Assembly (NCBI GenBank): GCA_034430515.1
Contig: DAOUEP010000035.1
Location: forward strand, 1-49,834
DNA length: 49,834 bases
Direction: 5' to 3'
Source: Dehalococcoidales bacterium
GTDB taxonomy: Bacteria; Chloroflexota; Dehalococcoidia; Dehalococcoidales; RBG-16-60-22
The position numbers and the translations under genes were made by a program. The notes below the pieces were generated by a model that worked only from the letters and a program-made list of their open reading frames with translations, searched no databases and was not told where the DNA came from. Every line of letters starts with the position of its first letter. Position 1 is the stretch's first letter. Shown here piece by piece: positions 24,024 through 34,454 of this stretch.

Positions 24024-25733
24024 TTATTCTATCAGCTTGAACTCGCTGACGTCCACCAGCCCCCGGTCGGTGAGGCGCAGCTCCGGGATGACCGGCAGCG
24101 CCAGAAAGGACAGGGCGGCGAAGGGGGCGGGCAGCGTAACGCCCAGGTCGCGGGCGGCCCGCTCCAGCTGCTCCTGGGCGGCTACTACCTGTTCCAGCGG
24201 CTTGGTTGAGAGCAGCCCGGCGATGGGCGTGGCCAGACTGGCGACGATTTTGCCGCCGGCGGCGACGACCTGACCCCCCTGCATTCGCTCGATTTCCTTG
24301 ACGGCGGCGTAGATGTCCGCGTCGCTGGCGCCCACGGCGACGATGTTGTGCGAATCGTGGGCGGTGGAGGAGGCCAGCGCCCCTTTCTTGAGGCCGAAGC
24401 CGGTCACCAGCCCCAGGCCGATGTTGCCGCTGGCGTGGTGGCGCTCCACCACCGCCGCCTTGAGGATATCGCGGCTGATATCGGGCGTGACGAGGCCGTC
24501 AACGGCCCTGACCTTCATCAGCTGGCGGCGGGTGATTATCTGCCCCGGGACGACCTCGATGACGGGGCGGCTCTCCCCGGCGGCCTTGAGTTTTAAGTCC
24601 TCAACCGTAAATGGTTTGATGTTGACGGTGCGGGCAAGCCCGCCGGGCCGGGTTTGGGGGGCGGCAAAGAGGGGCCGGCCCGCCTGCGCCACCCGGCGGC
24701 CCCGGTAGTAGACGGCCTCTATCTTAAATTCGTGCAGGCCCTCCAGGACGATGAGGTTGGCGTAGTAACCGGGGGCGATGCCCCCCAGCCCGTTCAGGCG
24801 GAAGCGTACGGCCGGATTGATGGTGGCCAGCTGGACGGCGCGCACCGGGTTAAGCCCCAGGGCGATGGCCTTACGCACCACGGCGTCGATATCGCCGTCG
24901 TGGAGGACGTCGTCGGCGTGGCGGTCGTCGACGACCAGGAGGCAGCGCGGCCAGGTTGCATCGGTCACCATGGGCAGCAGGGCCTCCAGGTTCTTCTCGG
25001 TGGAGCCCTCCCGTATCATGACGTACATGCCGCGGCGGAGCTTCTCGGCCGCCTCGTCTAAAGCCGTCGACTCGTGGTCGGAAGAGATACCGGCGGCCAG
25101 GTAGGCGTTGAGGTCTTTCCCCGAGACGTCGGGGGCGTGCCCGTCGCGGACGCGGTCCCCCGCCGCCCCGAGCTTGGCCAGCATCGTTTCGTCTCCGGTG
25201 ATGACGCCGGGGTAGTTCATCACCTCGCCCAGGCCGAGGCACTCCTTGAACTTCAGGATGCTCTTAATCTCCTCCGGCCCCAGACTGGCCCCGGAGGTCT
25301 CCAGGTGGGTGGCCGGGACGCACGAGGGCGCCATGAGGAAGAGGTCGAAGGGGAGGCGGCGGGCGCACTCCAGGACGTAGCGGATACCCGCCAGGCCGCT
25401 TACGTTGGCAATCTCGTGGAGGTCGGTGACGATGGCCGCCGTGCCGTGGGGCACTACCGCCCGGGCGTATTGGCCCACGTCCAGCATCGAGCTTTCCAGG
25501 TGGACGTGCCCGTTGATGAGGCCGGGGGCGAGGTATTTCCCCTCTAAATCGATAACCTCTTTCGCCCGGGTGTAATCGCCCACGCCGGCCACGCGCTCGC
25601 CATAGAGGGCGACGTTGCCCACCTCGATTTCGCCGCTGAAGGTGTTGACGATGCGGGCGTTGGCCAGCACCAGGTCGGCGGGGGTATCGCCCCGGGCCAC
25701 CGCGATCAGGTTGGGCAGGTCGCTCAAAATCAC
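24024..25733 (-). CDS. ade: Adenine deaminase
   Basis: 569 aa amidohydrolase. LAPGLINGHVHLESSM metal motif. Length and layout are typical of Ade. Confidence 0.8.
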   Translation of the reverse strand: MILSDLPNLIAVARGDTPADLVLANARIVNTFSGEIEVGNVALYGERVAGVGDYTRAKEVIDLEGKYLAPGLINGHVHLESSMLDVGQYARAVVPHGTAAIVTDLHEIANVSGLAGIRYVLECARRLPFDLFLMAPSCVPATHLETSGASLGPEEIKSILKFKECLGLGEVMNYPGVITGDETMLAKLGAAGDRVRDGHAPDVSGKDLNAYLAAGISSDHESTALDEAAEKLRRGMYVMIREGSTEKNLEALLPMVTDATWPRCLLVVDDRHADDVLHDGDIDAVVRKAIALGLNPVRAVQLATINPAVRFRLNGLGGIAPGYYANLIVLEGLHEFKIEAVYYRGRRVAQAGRPLFAAPQTRPGGLARTVNIKPFTVEDLKLKAAGESRPVIEVVPGQIITRRQLMKVRAVDGLVTPDISRDILKAAVVERHHASGNIGLGLVTGFGLKKGALASSTAHDSHNIVAVGASDADIYAAVKEIERMQGGQVVAAGGKIVASLATPIAGLLSTKPLEQVVAAQEQLERAARDLGVTLPAPFAALSFLALPVIPELRLTDRGLVDVSEFKLIE

Positions 25734-26257
25734 TCCTCCAGGCAGCAGATATCGGGCAGGTTACGGTACTTCCCGGCGCAGTCCAGCCCGTAGCCCACCA
25801 CGAACTTGTCCGGCAGGGTCAGCCCCAGGTAGTCTATCTTGAACGGGGTCTGGCGGCGGGAGGGCTTGTCGGTGAGGGCGCAGACCCGGAGCGAGGCCGG
25901 CTTTCGCTTGCCCAGGTAGTCCCGCAGAAAGGCCAGCGTCAGGCCGGTATCCACGATGTCCTCCACCACCAGCACGTGGCGGCCCTTAACCGGCAGGCGC
26001 AGCCCCTGCACCACCCGCACCCGCCCCGAGGACTGCTGGCCGCGGCCGTAGCTGGAGAGGCGCAGAAAATCCACCTCCAGGGGGAAGTCCAGCCGGCGGA
26101 CGAGGTCGGCCAGAAAGACGAAACAGCCGTTGAGGACGCCCAGCAGGAGGGGGTTGTTGTCGCGGTAGTCGCGGGTAATGGCCGCGGCCAGGCGCGCCAC
26201 GGCGGCCTCTATCTCCGCCCGGGGGAATATCACCGCCAGCTTGGCTTCGGCATCCAT
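25730..26257 (-). CDS. hpt: Hypoxanthine(-guanine) phosphoribosyltransferase
   Basis: 175 aa. LLGVLNGCFVFLADL and VLVVEDIVDTGLTL. There is a 4-nt overlap with ade. Confidence 0.85.
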   Translation of the reverse strand: MDAEAKLAVIFPRAEIEAAVARLAAAITRDYRDNNPLLLGVLNGCFVFLADLVRRLDFPLEVDFLRLSSYGRGQQSSGRVRVVQGLRLPVKGRHVLVVEDIVDTGLTLAFLRDYLGKRKPASLRVCALTDKPSRRQTPFKIDYLGLTLPDKFVVGYGLDCAGKYRNLPDICCLEE

Positions 26258-26318
26258 GCTACCTGAGATTATAACCGCTGAGGCCGGCGGTGTCCATCCT
26301 GCCGCGACTGCCGGAGAT

Positions 26319-26362
26319 AAAAAAAGACCGGGGCCGGACTCCCTTTTGGGGATTATCCGGCC
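26319..26362 (-). terminator. Rho-independent terminator after the 49-aa small ORF
   Basis: Minus strand GGCCGGA...TCCGGCC with an inner TCCCC/GGGA extension, followed by CCGGTCTTTTTTT. Confidence 0.6.
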
Positions 26363-26407
26363 TCGGTTTGGTTCTCGGTTGACCCGATTGGTTCGGGCGG
26401 GTTTATC

Positions 26408-26557
26408 TCAGGCGGCGCTCGGGGCGATGGCTTTGCGGGCGCGCGTCTGGCGCACGGTCTGGAGGATGCTGCCGATATTAACGTACCAGACGAAGGCGGC
26501 CGGGAAGAGGATTACCGGGATGGCTGCCACCAGGGCGATTATCAATCCAGCGTTCAT
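26408..26557 (-). CDS. Unannotated 49-aa single-TM membrane protein (MNAGLIIALVAAIPVILFPAAFVWYVNIGSILQTVRQTRARKAIAPSAA)
   Basis: SD GGAGG 7 nt upstream and a terminator downstream. 25 of 42 aligned residues are identical to the 33166..33336 product. Below the ORF-track length cutoff. Confidence 0.7.
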   Translation of the reverse strand: MNAGLIIALVAAIPVILFPAAFVWYVNIGSILQTVRQTRARKAIAPSAA

Positions 26558-26624
26558 TGGGTTTACCTCCTTGTTGGCTCTCCTGTCTCTTACTACTATC
26601 AGCTTACTCCCCGCTGCTCCGAAG

Positions 26625-26668
26625 CGGCGTCCGCCGCGCTGCCTATTCCGGGGCGCGGAAATGCCTAA
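26625..26668 (-). promoter_or_regulatory. Conserved upstream block shared with 33064..33108
   Basis: In gene orientation it reads TTAGGCATTTCCGC-N6-GAATAGGCAGCGCGGCGGACGCCG. The counterpart reads TTAGGTATTTCCGC-N7-GAATAGGCGTAACGGCGGAAGCCG. Confidence 0.55.
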
Positions 26669-26766
26669 TTATCGCGGTGCGGCGGGCAGGATATGCCTAG
26701 AGGCGGGCGGCGGGCAATAGGCAGAAAGACGTAGTCAGGAGGAATAAAGGAGGGGTGGGGTAAGGC

Positions 26767-26997
26767 TTAAGTCTGCTCCGCATCGGCGGCGGCCAGGTTC
26801 AGCTTCACCTTTTTGGGGGTGGCCTCGGCGACGTGCTCCGGGCGGAAGTAGACGGCGCTGATGCCTTCGTCGGGGCGCACCACGAACTTGCGCGGCTCGC
26901 CCGACCAGGCGTCCTCAATGATGTTGGCAACCTTGCCCAGGAGCTTGTCGCTCTTATCGTAAACGGGTGTCCCGTAAGCAATGTCCTTAATATCCAT
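26767..26997 (-). CDS. Small PRC-barrel-like protein (hypothetical)
   Basis: 76 aa. GTPVYDKSDKLLGKVANII pattern as in PRC-barrel domains. Confidence 0.5.
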   Translation of the reverse strand: MDIKDIAYGTPVYDKSDKLLGKVANIIEDAWSGEPRKFVVRPDEGISAVYFRPEHVAEATPKKVKLNLAAADAEQT

Positions 26998-27196
26998 AGA
27001 GTCGCCGCTCCAATCTCGTCGCCGGATTTAAAGTCTCCCCAATAAGAAGAAGCTGGTTAGTCTCCAGCCTCTTCTAAAGACAATCTAACAGCGAAGCGGG
27101 GGCTTTGTCAAGGCCGGATTGTTTACACCCGGCGCAAAATGCCGTAAGATTAGTACGGTCTGGCCTGGCCGTTAAATAAAACCAAAGGAGCTGGTT

Positions 27197-27436
27197 ATGG
27201 CTATCGCCGGTTTTATCCTCAGCCTGGTGGCGGCCGGTTTCCTGCTCGTCGGGCTGATACCCTTCCTGGGCATCATCAACTGGTTCACCACCCTGCCCGT
27301 CGCCGTCCTGGCGGCCATCCTGAGCGGCGTGGCCCTCCCCCGCCGGAGCAGTCTGGCGGTGACGGGGTTCGTCATCAGTCTGGCGGTGTTCGGCGTGGCT
27401 ATTTTGCGGCTGTACCTGGGCGGCGGGATATTATAG
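27197..27436 (+). CDS. Small hydrophobic membrane protein (hypothetical, 2-3 TM)
   Basis: 79 aa, almost entirely hydrophobic. SD AAGGAG. Candidate promoter TTTACA-17-TAAGAT upstream. Confidence 0.6.
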   Translation: MAIAGFILSLVAAGFLLVGLIPFLGIINWFTTLPVAVLAAILSGVALPRRSSLAVTGFVISLAVFGVAILRLYLGGGIL

Positions 27437-27439
27437 CGG

Positions 27440-27943
27440 CTAGTCCACCTTCTTGAACTTACTGCGCGGTGAGCCGCAGATGGGGCAGATATCGGGAGGC
27501 TCGCCCGCCACGGTGTTGCCGCAGACCTGGCAGACGTAGTAGACCGTCTCCCTGGGCTTGCGGCCCGCCTCCAGGTCGGCCAGGGCCGTCTTGAACAGGC
27601 CGTGGTGAATCTTCTCCACCCGGTTGGCCATGTCGAAAGAGTGCACGGCGTCCTGGCTGCCTTCCTTCTTGGCGACATCGATGAAGCCGGGGTACATCTC
27701 GGTGAACTCGTAGCTCTCCCCGCCGACGGCGGCGTTGAGGTTTGCCTTATCGGTCTTGATTTCTCCCAGCACCTTAAGGTGGTTGCGGGCGTGGACGGTC
27801 TCGGCCTCGGCGGCGGCGCGGAAGAGCCGGGCCACCTGCTTATTGCCGGCGGCATCGGCCTTTTCGGCGAAGAAGGTGTACTTGCGGTTGGCCTGGCTCT
27901 CGCCGGCGAAGGCTTCGCTCAGGTTATCTTTGGTGTTGGCCAT
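27440..27943 (-). CDS. rbr: Rubrerythrin
   Basis: 167 aa. Ferritin-like EAETVHA/EKIHH diiron motifs plus a C-terminal CQVCG...CPICG rubredoxin-like domain. Confidence 0.9.
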   Translation of the reverse strand: MANTKDNLSEAFAGESQANRKYTFFAEKADAAGNKQVARLFRAAAEAETVHARNHLKVLGEIKTDKANLNAAVGGESYEFTEMYPGFIDVAKKEGSQDAVHSFDMANRVEKIHHGLFKTALADLEAGRKPRETVYYVCQVCGNTVAGEPPDICPICGSPRSKFKKVD

Positions 27944-28025
27944 GTCATCCTCCTTAACGATATCCAGATAATATTACCAGGCGCGCCGGTGCGGATGAAA
28001 CGACTTTTATCGCATTCGGGGGGCG

Positions 28026-28427
28026 CTAGCTTCCGCCCGCCAGCTTCTTAATCGCCGTGGCAATCTCGGCCGTGGGCGTGCCCGGCCCGAAGACGGCCTT
28101 TATGCCCATTTTCTCAAGCTGGGGAATGTCGTCCTCGGGGATGATGCCCCCGGCGACGACGATAACGCCGGTCATATCTTTCTCTTTCAGCCCGGCCATG
28201 ACGTCGGCGAAAAGCTCCCGGTGCGCCCCGGAGAGGCAGCTTAATCCGATAACGTCCACGTCCTCCTGGAGGGCGGCTTGGACAATCATCTCCGGGGTCT
28301 GGCGGATGCCGGTGTAGATAACCTCCAGGCCGGCGTCGCGGAGCGCCCGCGCCACCACCTTGGCCCCCCGGTCATGCCCGTCCAGGCCCGGCTTGGCCAC
28401 CAGGACGCGCAGCTTTTGGCGGCTCAT
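28026..28427 (-). CDS. Methylmalonyl-CoA mutase, B12-binding small subunit
   Basis: 133 aa. [18 protein letters not shown] (DxHxxG) B12-binding motif. Confidence 0.9.
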   Translation of the reverse strand: MSRQKLRVLVAKPGLDGHDRGAKVVARALRDAGLEVIYTGIRQTPEMIVQAALQEDVDVIGLSCLSGAHRELFADVMAGLKEKDMTGVIVVAGGIIPEDDIPQLEKMGIKAVFGPGTPTAEIATAIKKLAGGS

Positions 28428-28843
28428 GGCTTGCGGTCTCCTTCGGCGCGCGGCTGCACCAGCTCCACCAGCACGCCGCCGACGGTTTTGGGGTGGAGAA
28501 AGGCGATTTGCCCGGCCACGCCGTCGCGCCCCTCTTTATCGATGAGCTGAAATCCCCTGGTTTCCATATTTTTGAGGTCGGCGGCGAGGTCGTCCGTCTC
28601 CAGGGCGATGTGGTGCAGCCCCTCGCCGCGCCGCTCCAGGAACTTGGCCACGGCGCTCTCCGGGCCGGTCGGCTCCAGCAGGTCGATTTCGGCGCCGCCG
28701 TCCAGGTTGAAGACGGCCTCGGTGACGCGCTGGCAGGGGGCGTCCTCAACGTGGGGCTCGACGCCGAGGAGCTGCTCGAAGAGGGCGGCGCTCTCCTTGA
28801 GGTTGCTGACGGCGATACCGATGTGGTGGACTCTTTTTATCAT
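28424..28843 (-). CDS. Methylmalonyl-CoA epimerase
   Basis: 139 aa VOC fold, VHHIGIAV...[13 protein letters not shown]. It is nested between the two mutase subunit genes. Confidence 0.8.
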   Translation of the reverse strand: MIKRVHHIGIAVSNLKESAALFEQLLGVEPHVEDAPCQRVTEAVFNLDGGAEIDLLEPTGPESAVAKFLERRGEGLHHIALETDDLAADLKNMETRGFQLIDKEGRDGVAGQIAFLHPKTVGGVLVELVQPRAEGDRKP

Positions 28844-28875
28844 GGTTTTTTCTTTCCTATGTTAGGCTATCCTTT

Positions 28876-28937
28876 CCCCCGCCCCGCTGGATTCCCGCTT
28901 TTGCGGGAATGACAAAAAAGGGCGCGGGAATGACAAG
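28876..28937. repeat. Intergenic repeat (Y-module copy plus half copy) inside the mutase operon
   Basis: CCCCGCCCCGCTGGATTCCCGCTTTTGCGGGAATGACAAAAAAGGGCGCGGGAATGACAAG. Matches 22341-22385. Confidence 0.7.
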
Positions 28938-28940
28938 TTG

Positions 28941-30596
<1,656 letters not shown>

Positions 30597-30667
30597 GCCT
30601 GTCTCTCCCTGCGTTTAATCCTAAAAAAACAATAGCAAAACGGGCGGGCGATTACAACCGGGGCGGC

Positions 30668-32146
30668 TTGCACGATTGCGCCGCAGGCACTAAAATAAAT
30701 CCGATGCAGGAAGAACGGCAGGCGCCGGGAAGCGGACCTATCACCCGATGGCTCGGTAATTACCTGGAATCCCCGCCGCGGGCGCTCCTCTTCTATTTCG
30801 CCGTAGCGCTCCAGCTCATCGCCTCGGCGCTGTCCGGCATCGGCTTTCTCCTGGACAGCGCCGCCTTTTTCTTCGCCGGCACCGGCGTCTGGGTGCTCTG
30901 GTTCGCCGTCATGTTCATGATGACGCTGCCGGCCACCGATAAGTTCATCGGCGGCAGTCTCCGGTCGTTCCGGCAGGCGGCGGGCTCCATTTTCGTCTGC
31001 TTTTTCGTGGTGGGCATCCTGGAAGTCATCGCCATGACGGCCATCTACCCGGCCGTCTCCGACGAGGAGAAGACGGGCGAGTTCGGCGAGGTGATGCAGG
31101 GCCTTAACCGTGTCTTTGTCTACAACGACAGCACCGCCCTCGTTCAGCAGGCCAGCGAGAACCTGCTTGCGGGCAACAACCCCTACACCAGCGCCAATAT
31201 CATCACCGCCTTGCTCCGCTTCGACGGGGCCTACGACCGGGTCACCCCGCTGCGCGTGGGCCGCTACGCCGACGTCTTTCCCTATCCCAGCAACGAGCAG
31301 CTCAAAGATGTCTGGGACGAGGCCATCCTCAATCCTGCGGAGCCGCCGCCGGAAATAGAATCGCGCGTCTCCTACCCGGCCGGCTCTTTCGTCCTGCCGG
31401 CGCCGTTCCTGGCCCTGGGCATCGGCGATATCCGTATCGTCTACGCTATCTACGTCCTGGCCGGGCTGGTCTTCGCCGTGTGGTGGCTGCCGGCGCGGCG
31501 GCGCCTCGTCTTCGTCGGGGCGATGCTCATCAGCCTGGAGATGTGGAACGCCATCGGCGGGGGAGAGACGACCTTGCTGGCTTTCCCGCTGCTGCTGGTG
31601 GCCTGGCTGACGCTGCCGCGTAAGTGGTGGGTATCGGCCCTCTTCATGGGGGTAGCCGTGGCCGCCAAGCAGACGGCCTGGTTCGTGATGCCGTTCTACC
31701 TGATTCTCTTCCTGCGTACCCACCCGCAGCGGCGGACGGCGGCGGCCATCGGCATCATCGTGGCGGTGTTCGCCGCCTTCAACCTGCCCTTCGTCATCGC
31801 CGACCCGGTGGCCTGGGTAAGCTCGGTGGCCGCCCCGATGACCGACCCCATGTTCCCCGTGGGGGTGGGCATCATCAGCATCGTCTCTACCGGCCTGGTC
31901 AATTTACAGTCCTCGCTGCCCTTCACCATCGTGGAGGTGGCGGTCATCGCCGGGGGGTGCATCTGGTACTACCGCCACTGCCGCCGCTACCCCCAGGTGG
32001 GGCTTATCCTGGCGGTGCTGCCGCTCTTCTTCGCCTGGCGCAGCCTGTGGACGTATTTCTTCTACCTGGGGTCTATCGCCATGGCGGCCGTCCTGGCCGA
32101 AGACAAGTACGCGCCGGCGCCCCCCGAACGACCGGCCGCCCCTTAA
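30668..32146 (+). CDS. Polytopic membrane protein, possibly a GT-C/DUF2029-like glycosyltransferase
   Basis: 492 aa with more than 10 predicted TM helices and one soluble loop. The true start may be the internal M at 30704. The functional assignment is weak. Confidence 0.45.
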   Translation: MHDCAAGTKINPMQEERQAPGSGPITRWLGNYLESPPRALLFYFAVALQLIASALSGIGFLLDSAAFFFAGTGVWVLWFAVMFMMTLPATDKFIGGSLRSFRQAAGSIFVCFFVVGILEVIAMTAIYPAVSDEEKTGEFGEVMQGLNRVFVYNDSTALVQQASENLLAGNNPYTSANIITALLRFDGAYDRVTPLRVGRYADVFPYPSNEQLKDVWDEAILNPAEPPPEIESRVSYPAGSFVLPAPFLALGIGDIRIVYAIYVLAGLVFAVWWLPARRRLVFVGAMLISLEMWNAIGGGETTLLAFPLLLVAWLTLPRKWWVSALFMGVAVAAKQTAWFVMPFYLILFLRTHPQRRTAAAIGIIVAVFAAFNLPFVIADPVAWVSSVAAPMTDPMFPVGVGIISIVSTGLVNLQSSLPFTIVEVAVIAGGCIWYYRHCRRYPQVGLILAVLPLFFAWRSLWTYFFYLGSIAMAAVLAEDKYAPAPPERPAAP

Positions 32147-33000
32147 AACGGGTTCAGCCAGAGCCGGTACTTGAGCCGGTAGTAGACCGCCCCGACGATG
32201 TAGGCGGGCACCGCCCCGATGACGGCCAGCACCAGCGCCAGCAGCAGCAGGCTGTAGGCGTAGCCCAGCCAGGGGGCGGCCAGCGGGATGATGCTCTGGC
32301 TATCGAACCTGGTGAGCAGGCCGATGAAATTTAGCAGCAGGAACGGCACCACGATGCAGCCCAGGCCGGTCAGGGCGGTCTTGAGGTCGGCCAGGCTGAG
32401 GCGGATGTTGGCGGCGATGCAGACGGCCAGATAGAGAAATACCCAGAACTGCCAGGCGCCGGCGTTCTCGGCGGTGAAGAGCACCCGCAGCATCGTCAGC
32501 GAGGCGTCGCCCAGCATGGTGAAAAACCCCCCGAAGGAGAAATCGCCGCCGGCCCGGTAGATGGCCAGCACGTCGTCCCAGGCCCGCGAGGCGTCCGGGA
32601 CGAGGAGGTAAAACAGCCCGAAGAGGGCAGCCCCGCCCAGCAGCACCGGCCCGATGCCGATGAAGAAATTGCCCAGCACCTGCCAGGGGTTCCAGCGGCT
32701 CCAGCTGTGGTTGACGTAGCCCAGCGTCCCCGTGTCCGGCTCCGGCTTGAAAAAGGCAATGCTGTCTATCTTATGCAGAAATATAACGCAGAAGAGGGCG
32801 TGCCCCAGCTCGTGGACGGGCGTGCCCAGCCAGGCCACCGCGTAGACGCCGCCCCGCCCGAAGGCCCGCTCCAGCGACTTGAACGTAACGTGGGAGACGA
32901 GCTGGATGATGGTGCCGAAGATGAAAATACCGGCGAACAGGGAGACGAGCTGGCCGAAGGTGGCCGTCAGGAGGTCGCGCAGGAAAATGAGGGCGTCCAT
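32143..33000 (-). CDS. Membrane protein with an HExxH motif (putative membrane-embedded zinc metalloprotease)
   Basis: 285 aa with several TM helices. TPVHELGHALF. Its stop overlaps the convergent gene stop within TTAA. Confidence 0.5.
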   Translation of the reverse strand: MDALIFLRDLLTATFGQLVSLFAGIFIFGTIIQLVSHVTFKSLERAFGRGGVYAVAWLGTPVHELGHALFCVIFLHKIDSIAFFKPEPDTGTLGYVNHSWSRWNPWQVLGNFFIGIGPVLLGGAALFGLFYLLVPDASRAWDDVLAIYRAGGDFSFGGFFTMLGDASLTMLRVLFTAENAGAWQFWVFLYLAVCIAANIRLSLADLKTALTGLGCIVVPFLLLNFIGLLTRFDSQSIIPLAAPWLGYAYSLLLLALVLAVIGAVPAYIVGAVYYRLKYRLWLNPF

Positions 33001-33063
33001 TTTGGTTGCATCATAGCCGTGCCGCCGGGGGCTGTCAAGGCAAAAGCGCCGCCGCTACGACTT

Positions 33064-33108
33064 TTAGGTATTTCCGCTGACGCAGAATAGGCGTAACGGC
33101 GGAAGCCG
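33064..33108 (+). promoter_or_regulatory. Conserved upstream block (counterpart of 26625..26668)
   Basis: TTAGGTATTTCCGCTGACGCAGAATAGGCGTAACGGCGGAAGCCG, ending 58 nt before the 33166 ATG. Confidence 0.55.
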
Positions 33109-33165
33109 TACCTATCGGCAGGGTGGTAATCTGGGGGTGGAAAATAAAACAGGGAGGTGAATCAA

Positions 33166-33336
33166 ATGGAATGGCAGATTATCGTCGCGCTGGTCATCGC
33201 CATACCGGTCGTTCTCTTCCCCGCGGCCTTCGTCTGGTACCTTAATATCGGCGGTATTTACACGGCCATCAAGGAAGCCAGGGCTCGAAGGGTGGCGCGG
33301 CAGAAGGAAGAGAAAGTAGAAGTCATCGCCAAGTAG
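33166..33336 (+). CDS. Unannotated 56-aa single-TM membrane protein (MEWQIIVALVIAIPVVLFPAAFVWYLNIGGIYTAIKEARARRVARQKEEKVEVIAK)
   Basis: SD AGGGAGG 7 nt upstream and a strong terminator downstream. Paralog of 26408..26557. The track shows only an antisense ORF here. Confidence 0.75.
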   Translation: MEWQIIVALVIAIPVVLFPAAFVWYLNIGGIYTAIKEARARRVARQKEEKVEVIAK

Positions 33337-33361
33337 CCGGGCTGCTATCACCAGTCATCCC

Positions 33362-33395
33362 GACCACCCCCGCCGCGGGGTGGTCTTCTTTTTTG
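33362..33395 (+). terminator. Rho-independent terminator
   Basis: A 9-bp stem GACCACCCC/GGGGTGGTC is followed by TTCTTTTTT. Confidence 0.85.
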
Positions 33396-33497
33396 GCCGG
33401 TAAATTATGCCGGTGCTATACTGGCGGTATCACCAGCTTCCGCGCCCTTATGGAGGCGGCCCGGGAGTACGGGGTGTACTAGCTAGCCGGGTGGCGG

Positions 33498-34328
33498 TCA
33501 GGGCTGGTGCGGGCATTTCTCCGTCCGCTCGCCCCAGGTTTCGCAGATGGCCCACTGGTCGGCCTTTATCCGCCCCAGCCGCAGGCACTTATCGACGTAC
33601 TGGCACTCGGTCGGCAGGTCTCCCTTTAAGACGTTCTCGACCACCTGGCGGGGGTCTTCCTTTTTGACAACCGAGTAAGCGGCCCCAAAGAATTCTTTAT
33701 GCAGGTCGTCGGTATCCATGTAGAGACTGAAGAGGGTCAGCCTCACCCGGTCGATGTACTGCTGGTAGTACTTGTTTCTCTCGTGGTCCTGGCAGATGTA
33801 GTTCAGCTGTTTCCGGTAGGCGAAAGAGCGCACCACCAGCATGTTGATGAAAAAGCCGAGTCCGGCCGTGCCCAGGCCCAGCGACAGGACGGCCCAGCCC
33901 GGTAAGTCGAACACCTGGGTCAGGGTAACCGTCCCCGCCCCCGACGCTACGGCCATAGAGGGGATGGATTTCAGCAGGTCGCCGGCCTTCTGGCCGAACT
34001 GCGAGGACTCCGTGTAGCCCTTGAGGATTTCGGAGCGGAGCTCTTCGTTTTCGTCAAAATTAAGCTGCCGGCCTTTATAGATGGTGTCCAGCGAGCGCAT
34101 GGCGGCGTAGATAGCGGCGGTGGCCCCCCGGACGTAGGCCCGCTCCGCCTCCCCGCCCTCCTTGCCTTTGGCGATGGCATCGTCCAGCTCGCGCTTGGCC
34201 AGCACGGCGATTTCCTTGGACTCCGTTTCTTTAGTGGAGCCACCCGTCATCGCCCAGACCAGCCGGACGCTGGTGGATGGGGAGAGAAAAGCGGTAACTT
34301 CCTGATTGGCGGCTGTTGCCCCGGCCAC
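33498..34328 (-). CDS. Hypothetical membrane protein with a central TM hairpin and a Cys-rich C-terminus
   Basis: 276 aa, GTG start with GGAGG upstream. Two TM helices (WAVLSLGLGTAGLGFFINMLVV region). The C-terminus has 4 Cys (ECQYVDKC...CETWGERTEKC). Confidence 0.6.
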   Translation of the reverse strand: MAGATAANQEVTAFLSPSTSVRLVWAMTGGSTKETESKEIAVLAKRELDDAIAKGKEGGEAERAYVRGATAAIYAAMRSLDTIYKGRQLNFDENEELRSEILKGYTESSQFGQKAGDLLKSIPSMAVASGAGTVTLTQVFDLPGWAVLSLGLGTAGLGFFINMLVVRSFAYRKQLNYICQDHERNKYYQQYIDRVRLTLFSLYMDTDDLHKEFFGAAYSVVKKEDPRQVVENVLKGDLPTECQYVDKCLRLGRIKADQWAICETWGERTEKCPHQP

Positions 34329-34454
34329 GTTTCACCTCCACGGGGTAGTTTTTCTCTAAATTATACACCGGCTGTCAATCTATTGGCGCCAAATGGCACA
34401 AGTGTCAACGTTGGTGACAGGAAAAGGAATGATAAAGGGCGTCGCCGGCTAAAA

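Noticed and set aside
27046-27078. 11-bp imperfect hairpin (GAAGAAGCTGG/CCAGCCTCTTC) upstream of the PRC-barrel gene
   Set aside because: It has no U tract on either strand and no gene ends next to it. It may be a 5-prime UTR structure, but nothing supports a specific function.
34383-34392. Perfect palindrome TTGGCGCCAA with two TGTCAA repeats, between the kinase stop and the 276-aa gene
   Set aside because: It is short enough to occur by chance. The nearby TTGACA and TATAAT boxes have incompatible spacing (7 nt), so no confident promoter or operator call can be made.
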